Source: an uncultured Desulfobacter sp.
GTDB lineage: Bacteria > Desulfobacterota > Desulfobacteria > Desulfobacterales > Desulfobacteraceae
Direction of reading: 5' to 3'
Length of the DNA: 64,000 bases
Assembly: GCA_963665095.1 (NCBI GenBank)
Contig: OY762069.1
Location: 2,272,001 to 2,336,000, forward strand
Made by a program: the position numbers and the translations under genes. Positions 36,453 through 46,889 of this stretch are shown here, one piece after another. The number at the start of each line of letters is the position of its first letter. The first letter of the stretch is position 1. The notes under the pieces were generated by a model that worked only from the letters and a program-made list of their open reading frames with translations, searched no databases and was not told the DNA's origin.

Positions 36453-37136
36453 ATGAAGAATAAATACCGGCTCAATTCAGAACAGACTGTTGAGATGATC
36501 AGATCATTAATTCAGCAAGGTGTGGATAAAATGTCCGTGATCGTGCGGCATTCAGACCGCCACTATACAAAAGACCCGCGTATGGAACCTTTCATGGGAC
36601 TGAATGAAAAAGGCAAGGAATTTGCATTTGAGCTTGGCAAATCACTTCCCCTGGACATGACCCCGGTGCTGTTTTCAAGCCATTTCGGCCGGTGCATTGA
36701 AACCGCCTATCTCATTGACAAGGGCTTTACGGCTGTCACAGGCAAACAGCTTGCCCATAACACCCCCCATGAAATGCTGACCCCCTTTTATATCAAAGAT
36801 ATTAACAAAGCCATGTCCACGATGGGCAACACAGGGTCTGATGAGTTTATCCTCAAGTGGTTTAACAACGAGTTTGACGAAGATATGATACAGGACCCGG
36901 GAGTGACCGCAGATCAGCTTACGAATTTTATGGTTGAACGGCTTCAGGAGATCGGACATGGCCAGGCCGCTGTCTGCATCACCCATGACTGGAACATTTT
37001 CCCTATCCGTAAATTCAAACTCGGCCTGCCCTTTACCCAAGAGGATGTGGGATATCTGGATGCCGTGGCCTTTTTTGAAAAGGACGGCAAGGTGTTTGCC
37101 ACTGCCAGAGATTGCGAACCGGTGCAGGTCTTTTAA
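36453..37136 (+). CDS. Histidine phosphatase family protein
   Basis: IVRHS, SS..RCIETA, ITHD motifs. Confidence 0.8.
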   Translation: MKNKYRLNSEQTVEMIRSLIQQGVDKMSVIVRHSDRHYTKDPRMEPFMGLNEKGKEFAFELGKSLPLDMTPVLFSSHFGRCIETAYLIDKGFTAVTGKQLAHNTPHEMLTPFYIKDINKAMSTMGNTGSDEFILKWFNNEFDEDMIQDPGVTADQLTNFMVERLQEIGHGQAAVCITHDWNIFPIRKFKLGLPFTQEDVGYLDAVAFFEKDGKVFATARDCEPVQVF

Positions 37137-37165
37137 CCCACCATAGTGCCTGCCTCCCGTGTTTG

Positions 37166-37295
37166 GGCGAAAAGGTCTCCAGATGCAAGGCGCAAGCAAA
37201 ACTGAAACCGGAGCGTACTTAAGTACGTGAGGCCCGATTATATGATTTGGCAGCTTTGTGCGGCAACGCAACAGGTGGCGGCTTTGTGGGCCTGC
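37166..37295. repeat. Possible short palindromic/MITE-like intergenic element
   Basis: CTCCAGATGCAAGGCGC...GCGTACTTAAGTACGTGAGG...GCAACGC with a central palindrome at 37214-37227; resembles from memory a dispersed deltaproteobacterial repeat; only one copy in the window. Confidence 0.4.
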
Positions 37296-37323
37296 GCCCC
37301 TCTTCGAGCCGTTCAAACACCAA

Positions 37324-38304
37324 CTATGCTGTGGCCATAAAGATCGCCCGGACCGGTGCCGGATACCCTTCAACAGTCTTTGACGGATCGTCAGGATCCA
37401 GAAAATCGTCCAGGGATTCGGTCTGGATCCAGTCGGTTTTCCGCTGCTCTTCAAGGGTGGTCTCTGTGACATCCACACACCGGATATCTGAAAACCCGGC
37501 CCTTGAAAGCCAGGCGGCCATGGCAGACAGATCCGGGATAAAAAAGACATTGCGCATTTTGGCATAGCGGTCCAGGGGGAAAAGACAATGGTTGTTTTCC
37601 CCTCTTAACACCAGATTTTCCACCACCACCTGTCCGCCGGGGACAAGGCTGTCATGGATCTCTTTGAGCATCTTAACAGGAGATTTACGGTGATAAAGGA
37701 TGCCCATGCACAGCACCAGATCAAAAAACCGGTTCATGGCCGGCAGTTCATTGTAAGTGGCCGGAATACAAAAAACATTATCAAGCTGCAGATATTTCTG
37801 GGCAGCACAGTACTGGTAATAGAAGGCACTTTGGGGTTCAAGTCCCAACGCAAACATCGGATGGTTCGCCGCCATTTTAAACATGTAATAGCCGTTGCTG
37901 GAACCGATATCCAGAATTTTACGGTTTTTAAGCTCTGGCAGATGCGGGGCCAGCCGTTCCCATTTCATCCAGGACTGCCACTCTGAATCCACAGGTATGC
38001 CGAAAAATTCAAAGGGGCCTTTGCGCCAGGGACAAAGATCCACCAGTCCTTTATAAAGTTGCTTTTTGTCTTCTGAAGACAAGTCACTCCCCTGCCCTGC
38101 CCCCACGGCGTGTCCTGACAGATCAATGGAACGGCCAGGGGCATCCGGAGCAATATCCGGCAGGCTGCCGGCCGCTCTTTTAAACCGGCCCCAGTTGCCC
38201 ACCTCAGAATCGAGAAGTTCGCGTTTCTGTTCAACCAGGGTTTTCAGCGCCTCATACCATTGTTCCCAGCCCAGGTGGCCGTAGCGTTCTAAAAAATTTT
38301 CCAT
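37324..38304 (-). CDS. cmoB: tRNA U34 carboxymethyltransferase CmoB
   Basis: PWRKGPF, DSEWQS..KW, LDIG..NGYY, MGILYHRKSP, RYAKMRNVFFIP, TVEGYPAP. Confidence 0.95.
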   Translation of the reverse strand: MENFLERYGHLGWEQWYEALKTLVEQKRELLDSEVGNWGRFKRAAGSLPDIAPDAPGRSIDLSGHAVGAGQGSDLSSEDKKQLYKGLVDLCPWRKGPFEFFGIPVDSEWQSWMKWERLAPHLPELKNRKILDIGSSNGYYMFKMAANHPMFALGLEPQSAFYYQYCAAQKYLQLDNVFCIPATYNELPAMNRFFDLVLCMGILYHRKSPVKMLKEIHDSLVPGGQVVVENLVLRGENNHCLFPLDRYAKMRNVFFIPDLSAMAAWLSRAGFSDIRCVDVTETTLEEQRKTDWIQTESLDDFLDPDDPSKTVEGYPAPVRAIFMATA

Positions 38305-38498
38305 ATGGTTTTATTTCTTATCTGTTCAATTATAATCGCCGGTCATATTGCAAACCGGTGATAATACAAAATTTAAGCTCTGATGTTTACCAGCCGCATC
38401 CGGCGAAAGCAAGCGCATAAATTCAAAAATCTGGACACAAACCAGCCCTGATGGCATAACAGTAAACCAGAAACAGATATATTCCAGGAGAAAAAAAT

Positions 38499-39839
38499 AT
38501 GAAATTTTTAGTTATCGGCGCAGATGCGGCCGGCATGAGTGCTGCCAGCAAATTAAAACGGCTGAATAAAGATGCGGAAGTGACCGTGCTTGAAATGACC
38601 GAAGATGTCTCTTACAGTGCCTGCGGCATGCCGTACAATATTGCAGACACCACCCTGGATATGGACGTGCTTGTGGTAAGAACAGCCAAAGTGTTCAGGG
38701 AGAAAAACCAGATTAATCTGTTAACCGGCCACCGGGCGGAAAAGATCAATCCCCGGACAAGAAAGGTGTCCGGCACCACGCTTTCAGGTGACACCTTTGA
38801 ATACGATTACGACAAGCTGGTCATTGCCACGGGGGCAACGCCCTTAATCCCGGATATTCCTGTGTCCGGATGGCCCAGGGTGATGACCCTGAAAAATCTT
38901 GAACAGGGCCGGCAGATTAAAAGAATCATTCAGGAAAAAAATATCAAAAAGGCCGTTATCATAGGCATGGGCTATATTGGACTTGAAATGTGTGAGGCCT
39001 TTGGACAAAGAGGCGTTGACACAACCATGGTCAAACCGGGGAAGGATTTTCTGCCCTGGCTGCCGCCGAAGCTGGCCAATGTTATTGAACAGGAACTGGT
39101 ACAAAACGGTGTTTTTCTCTATCCGGGGAAGACCATTGAGCGGATTGAGGAGAACGGGGAGGGTGTCCGGGTGGTGTGCCAGGATCTCTGTTTGGACGCG
39201 GATCTGGTTCTCATTGCCACAGGGGTGGTCCCCTGCAGCGGATTAGCCAGGGACGCGGGCCTTGCGCTGGGAATCTCTGACGCCATTGCTGTGGATCGCC
39301 AGTTAAGAACCAGTGACCCTGATATTTACGCTGCCGGCGATTGTGCCGACGCCTTTCATATCGTTACCAATGAAAAGTGCTGGATTCCTCTGGCCCTGAG
39401 AGCCAACCGCGCAGGCTGGGCCGCGGCGGACCACATTTGCGGCATCAATACAGAGCTTAAGGGGGTGGCCGGCACCTCTGTATTTAAAGTATTTGACCTG
39501 GAAGTTGCCCGGACAGGATTGACCCTCAGGCAGGCTCAGAAGGCAGGCTTCACCCCGGTGGAAAATGCCGTGGAAACACGATCCAGAGCCCATGGCCAGC
39601 CTGGGTCTACCCCGATCTTTGTAAACATGGTGGCAGATACTGCCAGCGGCAGGCTGCTGGGCATTCAGATGGTGGGCAGGGAAGGGGTGGCTCACAGGAT
39701 CAATGCCGGCGCCGTTGCCCTTCACAGCCAGATGACAGTGGCCGATTTTTTCCAGGCAGACCTTGCCTATGCACCGCCTTTCGGGCCGGTCTGGGATCCG
39801 CTGCTCACAGCGGCCAATCAGCTGCTTAAAAAAATTTAA
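38499..39839 (+). CDS. CoA-disulfide reductase / NADH oxidase family flavoprotein
   Basis: GADAAGMSAAS, SYSACGMPY, GMGYIGLE, YAAGDC, DLAYAPPF. Confidence 0.9.
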   Translation: MKFLVIGADAAGMSAASKLKRLNKDAEVTVLEMTEDVSYSACGMPYNIADTTLDMDVLVVRTAKVFREKNQINLLTGHRAEKINPRTRKVSGTTLSGDTFEYDYDKLVIATGATPLIPDIPVSGWPRVMTLKNLEQGRQIKRIIQEKNIKKAVIIGMGYIGLEMCEAFGQRGVDTTMVKPGKDFLPWLPPKLANVIEQELVQNGVFLYPGKTIERIEENGEGVRVVCQDLCLDADLVLIATGVVPCSGLARDAGLALGISDAIAVDRQLRTSDPDIYAAGDCADAFHIVTNEKCWIPLALRANRAGWAAADHICGINTELKGVAGTSVFKVFDLEVARTGLTLRQAQKAGFTPVENAVETRSRAHGQPGSTPIFVNMVADTASGRLLGIQMVGREGVAHRINAGAVALHSQMTVADFFQADLAYAPPFGPVWDPLLTAANQLLKKI

Positions 39840-39866
39840 CCGGTGTTAGACGCAAATAGCATGACA

Positions 39867-40517
39867 TTACTTAGTTCTGTTTTTCGCAAAATCCCTGTTG
39901 GACAGATTGAAAAGGTCATTAGCGATGCTGCGCAGTTCAGGAGAACAATCTGCCCGGCGAAACGTACGGTCTGAAGCAAATTCCCGCCAGAACGGGGGGA
40001 GCTGCCCGATACGGGTGGCCATGCCCCCCTGCGGGTCCTCCTCCACGTACAGAACGGTTTTAATGCCTGAGTTGATAATCCGGGTCAGGCACATGGGACA
40101 GGGTTCCATGGAACTGACCAGGACCAGGTTTGAACACTGCCTTGGATTTGTTCCTCTATCCCGCCCGACAGTTTTTTTGGCCTGGTCCTCATACCGGTTG
40201 AGCAGATCCATTTCTGCATGGAGATCACTGCGGAAATAGGTGCTGTACTGCCTGTTCCGGCCTGTCTCCACCACCTTGCCTGTGGAAGTGTCCACCAGAC
40301 ATGCACCAATGCCGCCTGACCCCTCTTTTGCGGAATTAAGGGCTGCTTTTACCACATGCAGGGCGTAAATGTCGTCCTTAAAATCAGGATTCACAGTATA
40401 GGATGAAATCCGTTTCTCTATGGATGAAAGCTTCTCCCAGTTTCCTGCAAAACCTGGCATGGTCGCCCATACCAGCCATACAATGACCAATACGTACGGC
40501 CTGTATAATTTTTTCAT
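39867..40517 (-). CDS. Nucleoside/nucleobase deaminase family protein with a probable signal peptide
   Basis: HAE and EPCPMC zinc motifs; MKKLYRP-hydrophobic-GFA N-terminus. Confidence 0.8.
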   Translation of the reverse strand: MKKLYRPYVLVIVWLVWATMPGFAGNWEKLSSIEKRISSYTVNPDFKDDIYALHVVKAALNSAKEGSGGIGACLVDTSTGKVVETGRNRQYSTYFRSDLHAEMDLLNRYEDQAKKTVGRDRGTNPRQCSNLVLVSSMEPCPMCLTRIINSGIKTVLYVEEDPQGGMATRIGQLPPFWREFASDRTFRRADCSPELRSIANDLFNLSNRDFAKNRTK

Positions 40518-40553
40518 TCTTTTCCATTTACTTTGGGTTTACGCCTGGCGTAA

Positions 40554-42221
40554 CTATAACATAATTTTTTTCAGCAGGGATGCGGCATTTGAAATCCGAT
40601 CCTCCGATATCAATTTTTTCATGGAGGGTTCATCGGCAAAAGCGGTGAGCAGGGCCGCGGCAAATGTTTTTTTACTTTTTATTAATTGGACCATGGGAAG
40701 GGCCGGTTGTGAACCACTGCAGATATGGGTATCAAAAAAAATCCGGTAAAAGTCACGCTGGGGCTTGCAGTGGAGGGCATAGGCGGAAAGGTATCCTTTA
40801 ATGACGGTTACAGCCCCTTGCCCAGCCTGGTCTTTTTCGGCCTCCCGGCAAAGTCCCGTATAGCAGGCAGTTATGAGAGCCGGGCGGATATCGGCCATGA
40901 TTTTCCTTGTCCGGTCCTGGGTCGCCCAACATAAAGGATCGCAAAAATTCATAACGGCATCCAGTCTTTCCAGGTCAACTTTGAGGATCAGTGAGACATA
41001 GGCCTGTTGCAGCGATTGTTTTTCTTCTTTGAGTTCTTTTTCCGGTAGATCTAAGGCTTCCCCTGACCGGGCAAGCGTTCTAAGTGCCCGGTCAATGTAG
41101 TCCATAACATAGTCTTCCATTGTAAGCTGTTCAGCAGCCGCCTTGAATAAAAGCCTGAAAATATCAAAATAGATGGGGGCATAGGCTTTGGCATCCTGGA
41201 AAGATCTGGCATAAAGCGTTATGTTTGGATAGGTGAATAGTATATTCAAGCGATAGCGTAACTGTGTCAGACCAAGATTTTTAAGAATATCCATACGGTC
41301 GCCTTTTCCCGGCTTTGCGTTCAGGAAAAGCCAAATCAGATTCTGTCTGAGCAGCTCGTGGGTTTCGCCGATTACAAAATGATAGGATATACCCAGGATG
41401 CCCATAAGCCGGTGAGCTGCTTCCAGATAGGCATCTATTCTTTTCAAAACTGTGAGAATGGCGATATCTAATTTTTCCATGGATTTCAGGTATTTTTTTT
41501 TGTTTTCCTCCTTTGCAACCAGCTGGGCCCGTGTGACCATTATCCTGGTGAATAATTCATTGGATTTCTTAATCTCACTGCGGGATTTACTTAAAACACA
41601 GGCCATGGCCTCTTTTGTCATGGGTGGCATCCTGTGCCTGGTTAGCCGGCATATAAGATCTGTATCATTAATTTCGTCAAGGGATTCCCGCCAGGGTTTG
41701 TCCTGGTTAAAACTTTGGGAAAGGCTGGTCAGAATGTTCTTTACAAGGTCCGTGTAATCCCGCCCTGCCCTGCTTTTTGATATTAATTCCAACAGGTCCA
41801 AAGATAAAAGTGATGTATCAACTGTTCCCTTATAGGTTTTAAGACTGTTAAAATAGGTAACAATGATATTTGTGGTCAATAGTTTAATGACCGTTTTATT
41901 GTCTGCCGCCTGTATATCTTCCAGGGAGACGCTGACCCCGCAGTCAAAGGAAACGGCCTCGGCCTCCGTACTTAACTCCTGGAGAAAAAGGTAAAGGGCT
42001 GCAAGGTAGTCATCTGCTAATATAAAGTCTGTCAGAGTTATTTCATCTATAAAAAAATTGGTAATCCGGGAAACCTGAACCAGAATCCGCCCTTTTTCAT
42101 CGGTCTTATATTTCGTCAGGGGATTAAGCCCTTTAGTTCCCTGCTTAAAAAGGCCGGACACATTGCTTTTATAAAGCCGGGCCTTAAATTTTTTTATTTT
42201 ATTTAGATTTAATATTTTCAT
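40554..42221 (-). CDS. Hypothetical protein (555 aa, predicted helical)
   Basis: Long ORF overlapping the end of the DUF342 gene; no recognisable motif. Confidence 0.7.
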   Translation of the reverse strand: MKILNLNKIKKFKARLYKSNVSGLFKQGTKGLNPLTKYKTDEKGRILVQVSRITNFFIDEITLTDFILADDYLAALYLFLQELSTEAEAVSFDCGVSVSLEDIQAADNKTVIKLLTTNIIVTYFNSLKTYKGTVDTSLLSLDLLELISKSRAGRDYTDLVKNILTSLSQSFNQDKPWRESLDEINDTDLICRLTRHRMPPMTKEAMACVLSKSRSEIKKSNELFTRIMVTRAQLVAKEENKKKYLKSMEKLDIAILTVLKRIDAYLEAAHRLMGILGISYHFVIGETHELLRQNLIWLFLNAKPGKGDRMDILKNLGLTQLRYRLNILFTYPNITLYARSFQDAKAYAPIYFDIFRLLFKAAAEQLTMEDYVMDYIDRALRTLARSGEALDLPEKELKEEKQSLQQAYVSLILKVDLERLDAVMNFCDPLCWATQDRTRKIMADIRPALITACYTGLCREAEKDQAGQGAVTVIKGYLSAYALHCKPQRDFYRIFFDTHICSGSQPALPMVQLIKSKKTFAAALLTAFADEPSMKKLISEDRISNAASLLKKIML

Positions 42222-44325
42222 ATATCTGAATTTCAGCTTTCCCCCTGTCCCTTTTCACAACCTCTTTAAAGATAATATTTGTCATATTTTCGGTGAGGAG
42301 CCTTTCTGCCTGCGAACCTCTGATCACGGTTCCCGGAGTCACCCGTCCAGTGACCGATACCACTGGATCTCCAGGATTGGTCTCCTCCCACTCGTTGAAA
42401 TTTGCCTGTTCATAAAAGAGATCTTCCAGAATATTTTCCAGCTCTTCGCGTTCAACCGCCAGATCAAACATCTGGTTTTCCTTGCGCTCAATGCGGCTGA
42501 ACAGGGTATTAAGGTCCTTGTCCAGACGGGCGACCAGCGCCTTGGTATTCCGTATCTGAGAATTCAGAGCCGCCAATGGGGCATTGCCTGCAGCCTGCCC
42601 CTCCTGGGGCTCAATTTTAAGTGTCTCGGCTTCTTCAATCAATGCCATCTCCTCTTCCCTGGCCTTGTCGCCTTCCCAGGGAAGATGTTCGGTGGCCAGG
42701 TACAGGTCTTTTATTTCCTGGGCCAGGGTCTTTGTTCTTGTCCGGATATTTTTTAGACGGTCTTTGCAGTCAAGGATGCGGCTTTCTATGGCGTCAATTT
42801 CTTTTTTTATAAAGGCATCCACCCCTGCTGTTACTGTATTCGGCATGGATTTATCCGTACCCAGGTGGCCCGCGTAGAGGCCTTTATTGCATATGATCTG
42901 GGAGGAGAGGACTTCTCCTGTGGGGATGAAGACAGCGCCGCTGGTTTCAATAGTACAGTTCACGATTTCCTTGTTCACGGCAAGGTTGCCCATACAGAAT
43001 ATTTTGGAATTCTGGATAAATTTAGCTGAAACATTTCCCCTGGCATATATCTGTGCGTCATTTACGCCGTTTACCACGAAGACATCCCCTTCTGCATAAA
43101 TTTTCCCGCCATCCACTGTATCAATACGGACGCTCTGCCCTTTGATTTGGAATCCGGCTTTAAGGGCGCCTTTGATATCAATATTACCCGGATATTCAAG
43201 GTGGCCGGTTTCATAATTAATATCTGCTTTTACCGTAAATGTACTCGTAACTTCTATATTTCCCGACATACCGAGTATCGGATGGCCACTGATTTCCGCA
43301 TAAAGTTTTAAGCGGTCTTTTGAAGGGATGACGCCGGATTTAAATTTCAGAGGAAGGTCCACAGACAGGGGGACGGGCTGTATCTGGTTGAAAACATTTG
43401 TACCGTTCCTGGATTCTGTCATGGGAAATTTTTCAGCCAAAAGCGTCCCCTTGGCCACCCAGGGGACTTCTCCTCTGTCCTTGAAATCCACATTTCCTTC
43501 TTCATCCACCTCACCCGCCTTGAGATAGTCCGTATCAAAATAATACTCTATCCTGGCATCATTTCCCGGCTTCGGTGTTACGCCCGATGCAATTTTGAAG
43601 GGTTTCTCCTTGAAACCGCTGGACCTGATAAATCCGTGCAGTTTCTCCTCGTCAGTAATTCCATAGACGATGCCCTGGTCCATAAGCTGTTTTTTTATTT
43701 CCAGAGGTGTGATGAAATTATCAAAATTTTCTGTTTTTTTTACAAAGGCAGTCATGCCTTCCCGGTCCACTTCCAATAGCATTCCTCCGATCAGTTCTGT
43801 TTTCATGGAAAAGTCTATGGTATTGTCAGGGACTTCGGGTTCATGGGAGGACAGGGGCTGGGAAATTACGATTTCTGTATCCGTCCTGGGAGGTGACGCT
43901 CCAGAGGGGCCCTGGGGGATGGATTTCTGTTGCTGTTTTGATGCCCTGAGAATATTTTTAAACTCATTCTGGGAAAGAACTTTATTGTCAATCCAGACCT
44001 CCCCGATGAACCTGGGCGGCATCTGTTTTTTAATAAACTCCTTCTGGCGAGCCATTTCCCCATTAAATAAATCAGCCCCGACATGCCCAAGTTTAACGGC
44101 AATGCGACCGAACAAATCGTTTTTCTTCATTATCTTTAAAGCATGATAGGTGATGACCAGGACTTTTACCTGATTGAGGGAAAGAATGTCTTTAGAAAGA
44201 AAGTACTCCTTTAACGCGATTTCCAGATTATCTGCATTCCGGCAGGCAGCCAGTGCTTCTTCGCATTGGCTCCTGGTGATGAGTTTTTTCTGTAATGCGA
44301 TTTTTTCCAGCATATTCTGCCTCAT
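42199..44325 (-). CDS. DUF342 / FapA-family protein
   Basis: G.VDFKDRG, G.LLAEK.P, TGHLEYPGNIDIKG, beta-helix repeats and coiled coil. Confidence 0.85.
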   Translation of the reverse strand: MRQNMLEKIALQKKLITRSQCEEALAACRNADNLEIALKEYFLSKDILSLNQVKVLVITYHALKIMKKNDLFGRIAVKLGHVGADLFNGEMARQKEFIKKQMPPRFIGEVWIDNKVLSQNEFKNILRASKQQQKSIPQGPSGASPPRTDTEIVISQPLSSHEPEVPDNTIDFSMKTELIGGMLLEVDREGMTAFVKKTENFDNFITPLEIKKQLMDQGIVYGITDEEKLHGFIRSSGFKEKPFKIASGVTPKPGNDARIEYYFDTDYLKAGEVDEEGNVDFKDRGEVPWVAKGTLLAEKFPMTESRNGTNVFNQIQPVPLSVDLPLKFKSGVIPSKDRLKLYAEISGHPILGMSGNIEVTSTFTVKADINYETGHLEYPGNIDIKGALKAGFQIKGQSVRIDTVDGGKIYAEGDVFVVNGVNDAQIYARGNVSAKFIQNSKIFCMGNLAVNKEIVNCTIETSGAVFIPTGEVLSSQIICNKGLYAGHLGTDKSMPNTVTAGVDAFIKKEIDAIESRILDCKDRLKNIRTRTKTLAQEIKDLYLATEHLPWEGDKAREEEMALIEEAETLKIEPQEGQAAGNAPLAALNSQIRNTKALVARLDKDLNTLFSRIERKENQMFDLAVEREELENILEDLFYEQANFNEWEETNPGDPVVSVTGRVTPGTVIRGSQAERLLTENMTNIIFKEVVKRDRGKAEIQIYENIKSK

Positions 44326-44389
44326 TCTTTACCCTTGTTGTGGGGCCATGTTGTTTTTTGCAATTTCAATCGGACGCAGTTCTAATTAC

Positions 44390-44406
44390 AGCAAACGGTA
44401 TGCCAA
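44390..44406 (-). promoter_or_regulatory. Sigma-54 (-24/-12) promoter of the DUF342 gene
   Basis: Minus strand TTGGCATACCGTTTGCT with canonical GG-N10-GC spacing, about 65 nt upstream of the ORF. Confidence 0.75.
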
Positions 44407-44704
44407 CGCGATAGATATTTAATTATGCATATAAAACAATATGTTAGGCCCCATGACACATTCCCGGTCGATGGGTTTCAATTTGATTTCTTGAAAACAA
44501 GAACGATTGGTATTCTACTTTTCAAGAATGTAGCCCGGCCACAGGTCTGCATTGGAACGCCGAGAGTAACTTTTTTCGGAGATCAACCTTATTTCACTCA
44601 CGTCCTGAAGGGGAGATGATCGCTAACGGTCTTTTAGGGGTCTTGTGGGAATTACGGCAGGTTGTTTGCTTGTGTCCAAACTCGATTTTTCATTCAGGCG
44701 CGAT

Positions 44705-45682
44705 TCAGATTCGTCTAAACTGGTAAACGTCCCGGTTCAAATGACGACAGACTTTTCCTTCTTCTTCAAGACAGAAAATGTGAGCCAGGGCTTCGCCTGT
44801 GGCAAACCACTTTTGAACAAGAGGGAAATCATCCCAGCCGGATGCAGGTATATCCCAACTCATTTTTGAGGCGATGTCAAATCCGGTTTGTGCACCCCTC
44901 TCAAGAATATCAAGGATCTCCTCCAGCCGTTCCATATGGTGCTGTTGCAGTTCATCGCAGCGTTGTTTCAGGTTTGAAAAAATGCTGCGATGCCCTGGCA
45001 GGACCATATTCACGTCCAATTCCCGGACTCTGTCAAGGCTGCGGAAATACAGTTTCAGCGGATTGTAACCGTCAATCCATGACAGAATATTGGGTGTAAT
45101 CTCATTTAAAATGTGATCACCGGAAATCAATATCTTTTTGTCAGGTTCATAAAGACATATATGACCAGGCGTATGGCCGGGGGTTTCAATGCAGATAAAT
45201 CGGTAATCCCCATAGTTCAATATATCCCCTTCGGAAAGTATCTTTGATTCGGTTGCCCATTTGACTTCGAATTTACTTCCCGGATGGCCATCCATCATCG
45301 ACAAAAGGTCTGATTCCGGAAAACCGTATTTTGGTGCATTGGCAAAAAGCTGCCCAATCCCCTGCCAGTTTCCAAGGAGTTCTGTCTCCGGCCGGTTAAA
45401 ATAAATACACGTGGAGGGTGTTCTCAGTTCAGGGACCAGACTGATATGATCTGCATGGAAGTGTGTAATAAATATATCCGTTCTGGACAGATCAATCTTT
45501 AGTGTTTCCAGTCCGTTGCGCATGGCATCAAGACATACCCGGCTGTTGAATCCTGTGTCAATGATCAGATTCCTGTCCGGGGAGCGCACAATATAGGAAT
45601 TCAGGTACTTTAGCGGTGTGTCCGGGAGAGGGATTTCGATCCGGAATAGATCTGTGCATATTTCTTCCACATGGCTGGACAT
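44705..45682 (-). CDS. MBL-fold metallo-hydrolase
   Basis: THFHADH, TPGHTPGH, SGDH, LPGH. Confidence 0.9.
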   Translation of the reverse strand: MSSHVEEICTDLFRIEIPLPDTPLKYLNSYIVRSPDRNLIIDTGFNSRVCLDAMRNGLETLKIDLSRTDIFITHFHADHISLVPELRTPSTCIYFNRPETELLGNWQGIGQLFANAPKYGFPESDLLSMMDGHPGSKFEVKWATESKILSEGDILNYGDYRFICIETPGHTPGHICLYEPDKKILISGDHILNEITPNILSWIDGYNPLKLYFRSLDRVRELDVNMVLPGHRSIFSNLKQRCDELQQHHMERLEEILDILERGAQTGFDIASKMSWDIPASGWDDFPLVQKWFATGEALAHIFCLEEEGKVCRHLNRDVYQFRRI

Positions 45683-45803
45683 AAACAGGTTCCTTAAAAT
45701 TTCATGCTGTAATAAATGTTATTATTGCATCCGATGTCATATATATCATTGTATACAATAGCCAATCTCTATCGATGGTTAGGGCCTGAACGAAAAACCC
45801 AGG

Positions 45804-46889
45804 CTATTCATACACAGTATGGCGCCGGGGATCAAATGCTTCCCGGATGCCTTCGCCGGTGAATGTCACAGTCATCAGCGTCACCACCAGGGCAGATACC
45901 ACAGAAGCGGATATCCACCAGGCGTCCATGTTCTGCCACCCCTGGGATAACAGCTCTCCCCATGAGGGCGTCGGTGCCGGCAGCCCAAACCCCAGGTAAT
46001 CCAGAGAGGTCAGCGCCACAATTCCGCCGGACACGGCAAAGGGGGCATAGGTGACAATCACGGAGAGGGTGTTGGGGATGATGTGCCTGAAAATAATACG
46101 CAGATGCGACGCCCCCAGGGAACGGACAGCCAGGATATACTCCCGCTCCTTCTCCTTGTATGTCATTGTGCGCATCACCCAGGTAATGCTGATCCAGCCG
46201 AAAAAGGCCATGATCAGGATCAGGATCATAAAGCTTGGCACCACAATGGAGGAGATGATGATGATGACGTAAAGAAACGGGATATTGCTCCAGATCTCAA
46301 TGACCCGCTGGAAAAACAGGTCGAATTTTCCTCCGAAATATCCCATGGCGCACCCCAGCGATATCCCCACGGTGTAGTTAAGCAGCAACAGCCCCAAGGA
46401 GAACAGAATGGCCGTGCGGAATCCGTAAACAAGGCGTGCCAGCACATCCCGCCCCACATTGTCTGTGCCCAGTAAATGCCTGGGGGACAAGGAGGGTGGA
46501 AAGGGCGGGTACGCGTTCATGCGAAGATCGTTTTCATAAGGGTTGTAGGGCACCGGCGGCATGATCACAAACCCGGTGGCACCGCTGTCAGCCATCTTTT
46601 GTTTCAGCTCCCGGTAATTGGTCTCATAGGCATAATCCAGACCAAAGGTTTTCCCCGGAATCATATCCCCGTAAGTGGGAAAATAAAACTCCCCTTTGTA
46701 ACAGACCAGAATGGCCCTGGAGTTGATGAACACTTCGGCGAAAAAGGAGATAAATATCAGCACCAGAAGAATCACCAGGGACCAGAACCCTCTGGAGACG
46801 CTCCTGAAGCGCCTGAACTTTTCCCTGGTTACCGGATTTAGAAATGCCATACCTTTTGCCCTATTTAAATCGAACCCTGGGATCCACAA
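45804..46889 (-). CDS. yejE: Peptide ABC transporter permease (YejE-like)
   Basis: HLLGTDNVGRDVLARLVYGFR, EAA-like loop, SLDYLGFGLP. Confidence 0.85.
   Translation of the reverse strand: MWIPGFDLNRAKGMAFLNPVTREKFRRFRSVSRGFWSLVILLVLIFISFFAEVFINSRAILVCYKGEFYFPTYGDMIPGKTFGLDYAYETNYRELKQKMADSGATGFVIMPPVPYNPYENDLRMNAYPPFPPSLSPRHLLGTDNVGRDVLARLVYGFRTAILFSLGLLLLNYTVGISLGCAMGYFGGKFDLFFQRVIEIWSNIPFLYVIIIISSIVVPSFMILILIMAFFGWISITWVMRTMTYKEKEREYILAVRSLGASHLRIIFRHIIPNTLSVIVTYAPFAVSGGIVALTSLDYLGFGLPAPTPSWGELLSQGWQNMDAWWISASVVSALVVTLMTVTFTGEGIREAFDPRRHTVYE

Noticed and set aside
36675..37565. 296-aa minus-strand ORF
   Set aside because: Overlaps cmoB out of frame and the phosphatase gene antisense; no motifs
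44420..44700. Possible riboswitch upstream of the DUF342 gene
   Set aside because: No recognisable c-di-GMP or other aptamer consensus
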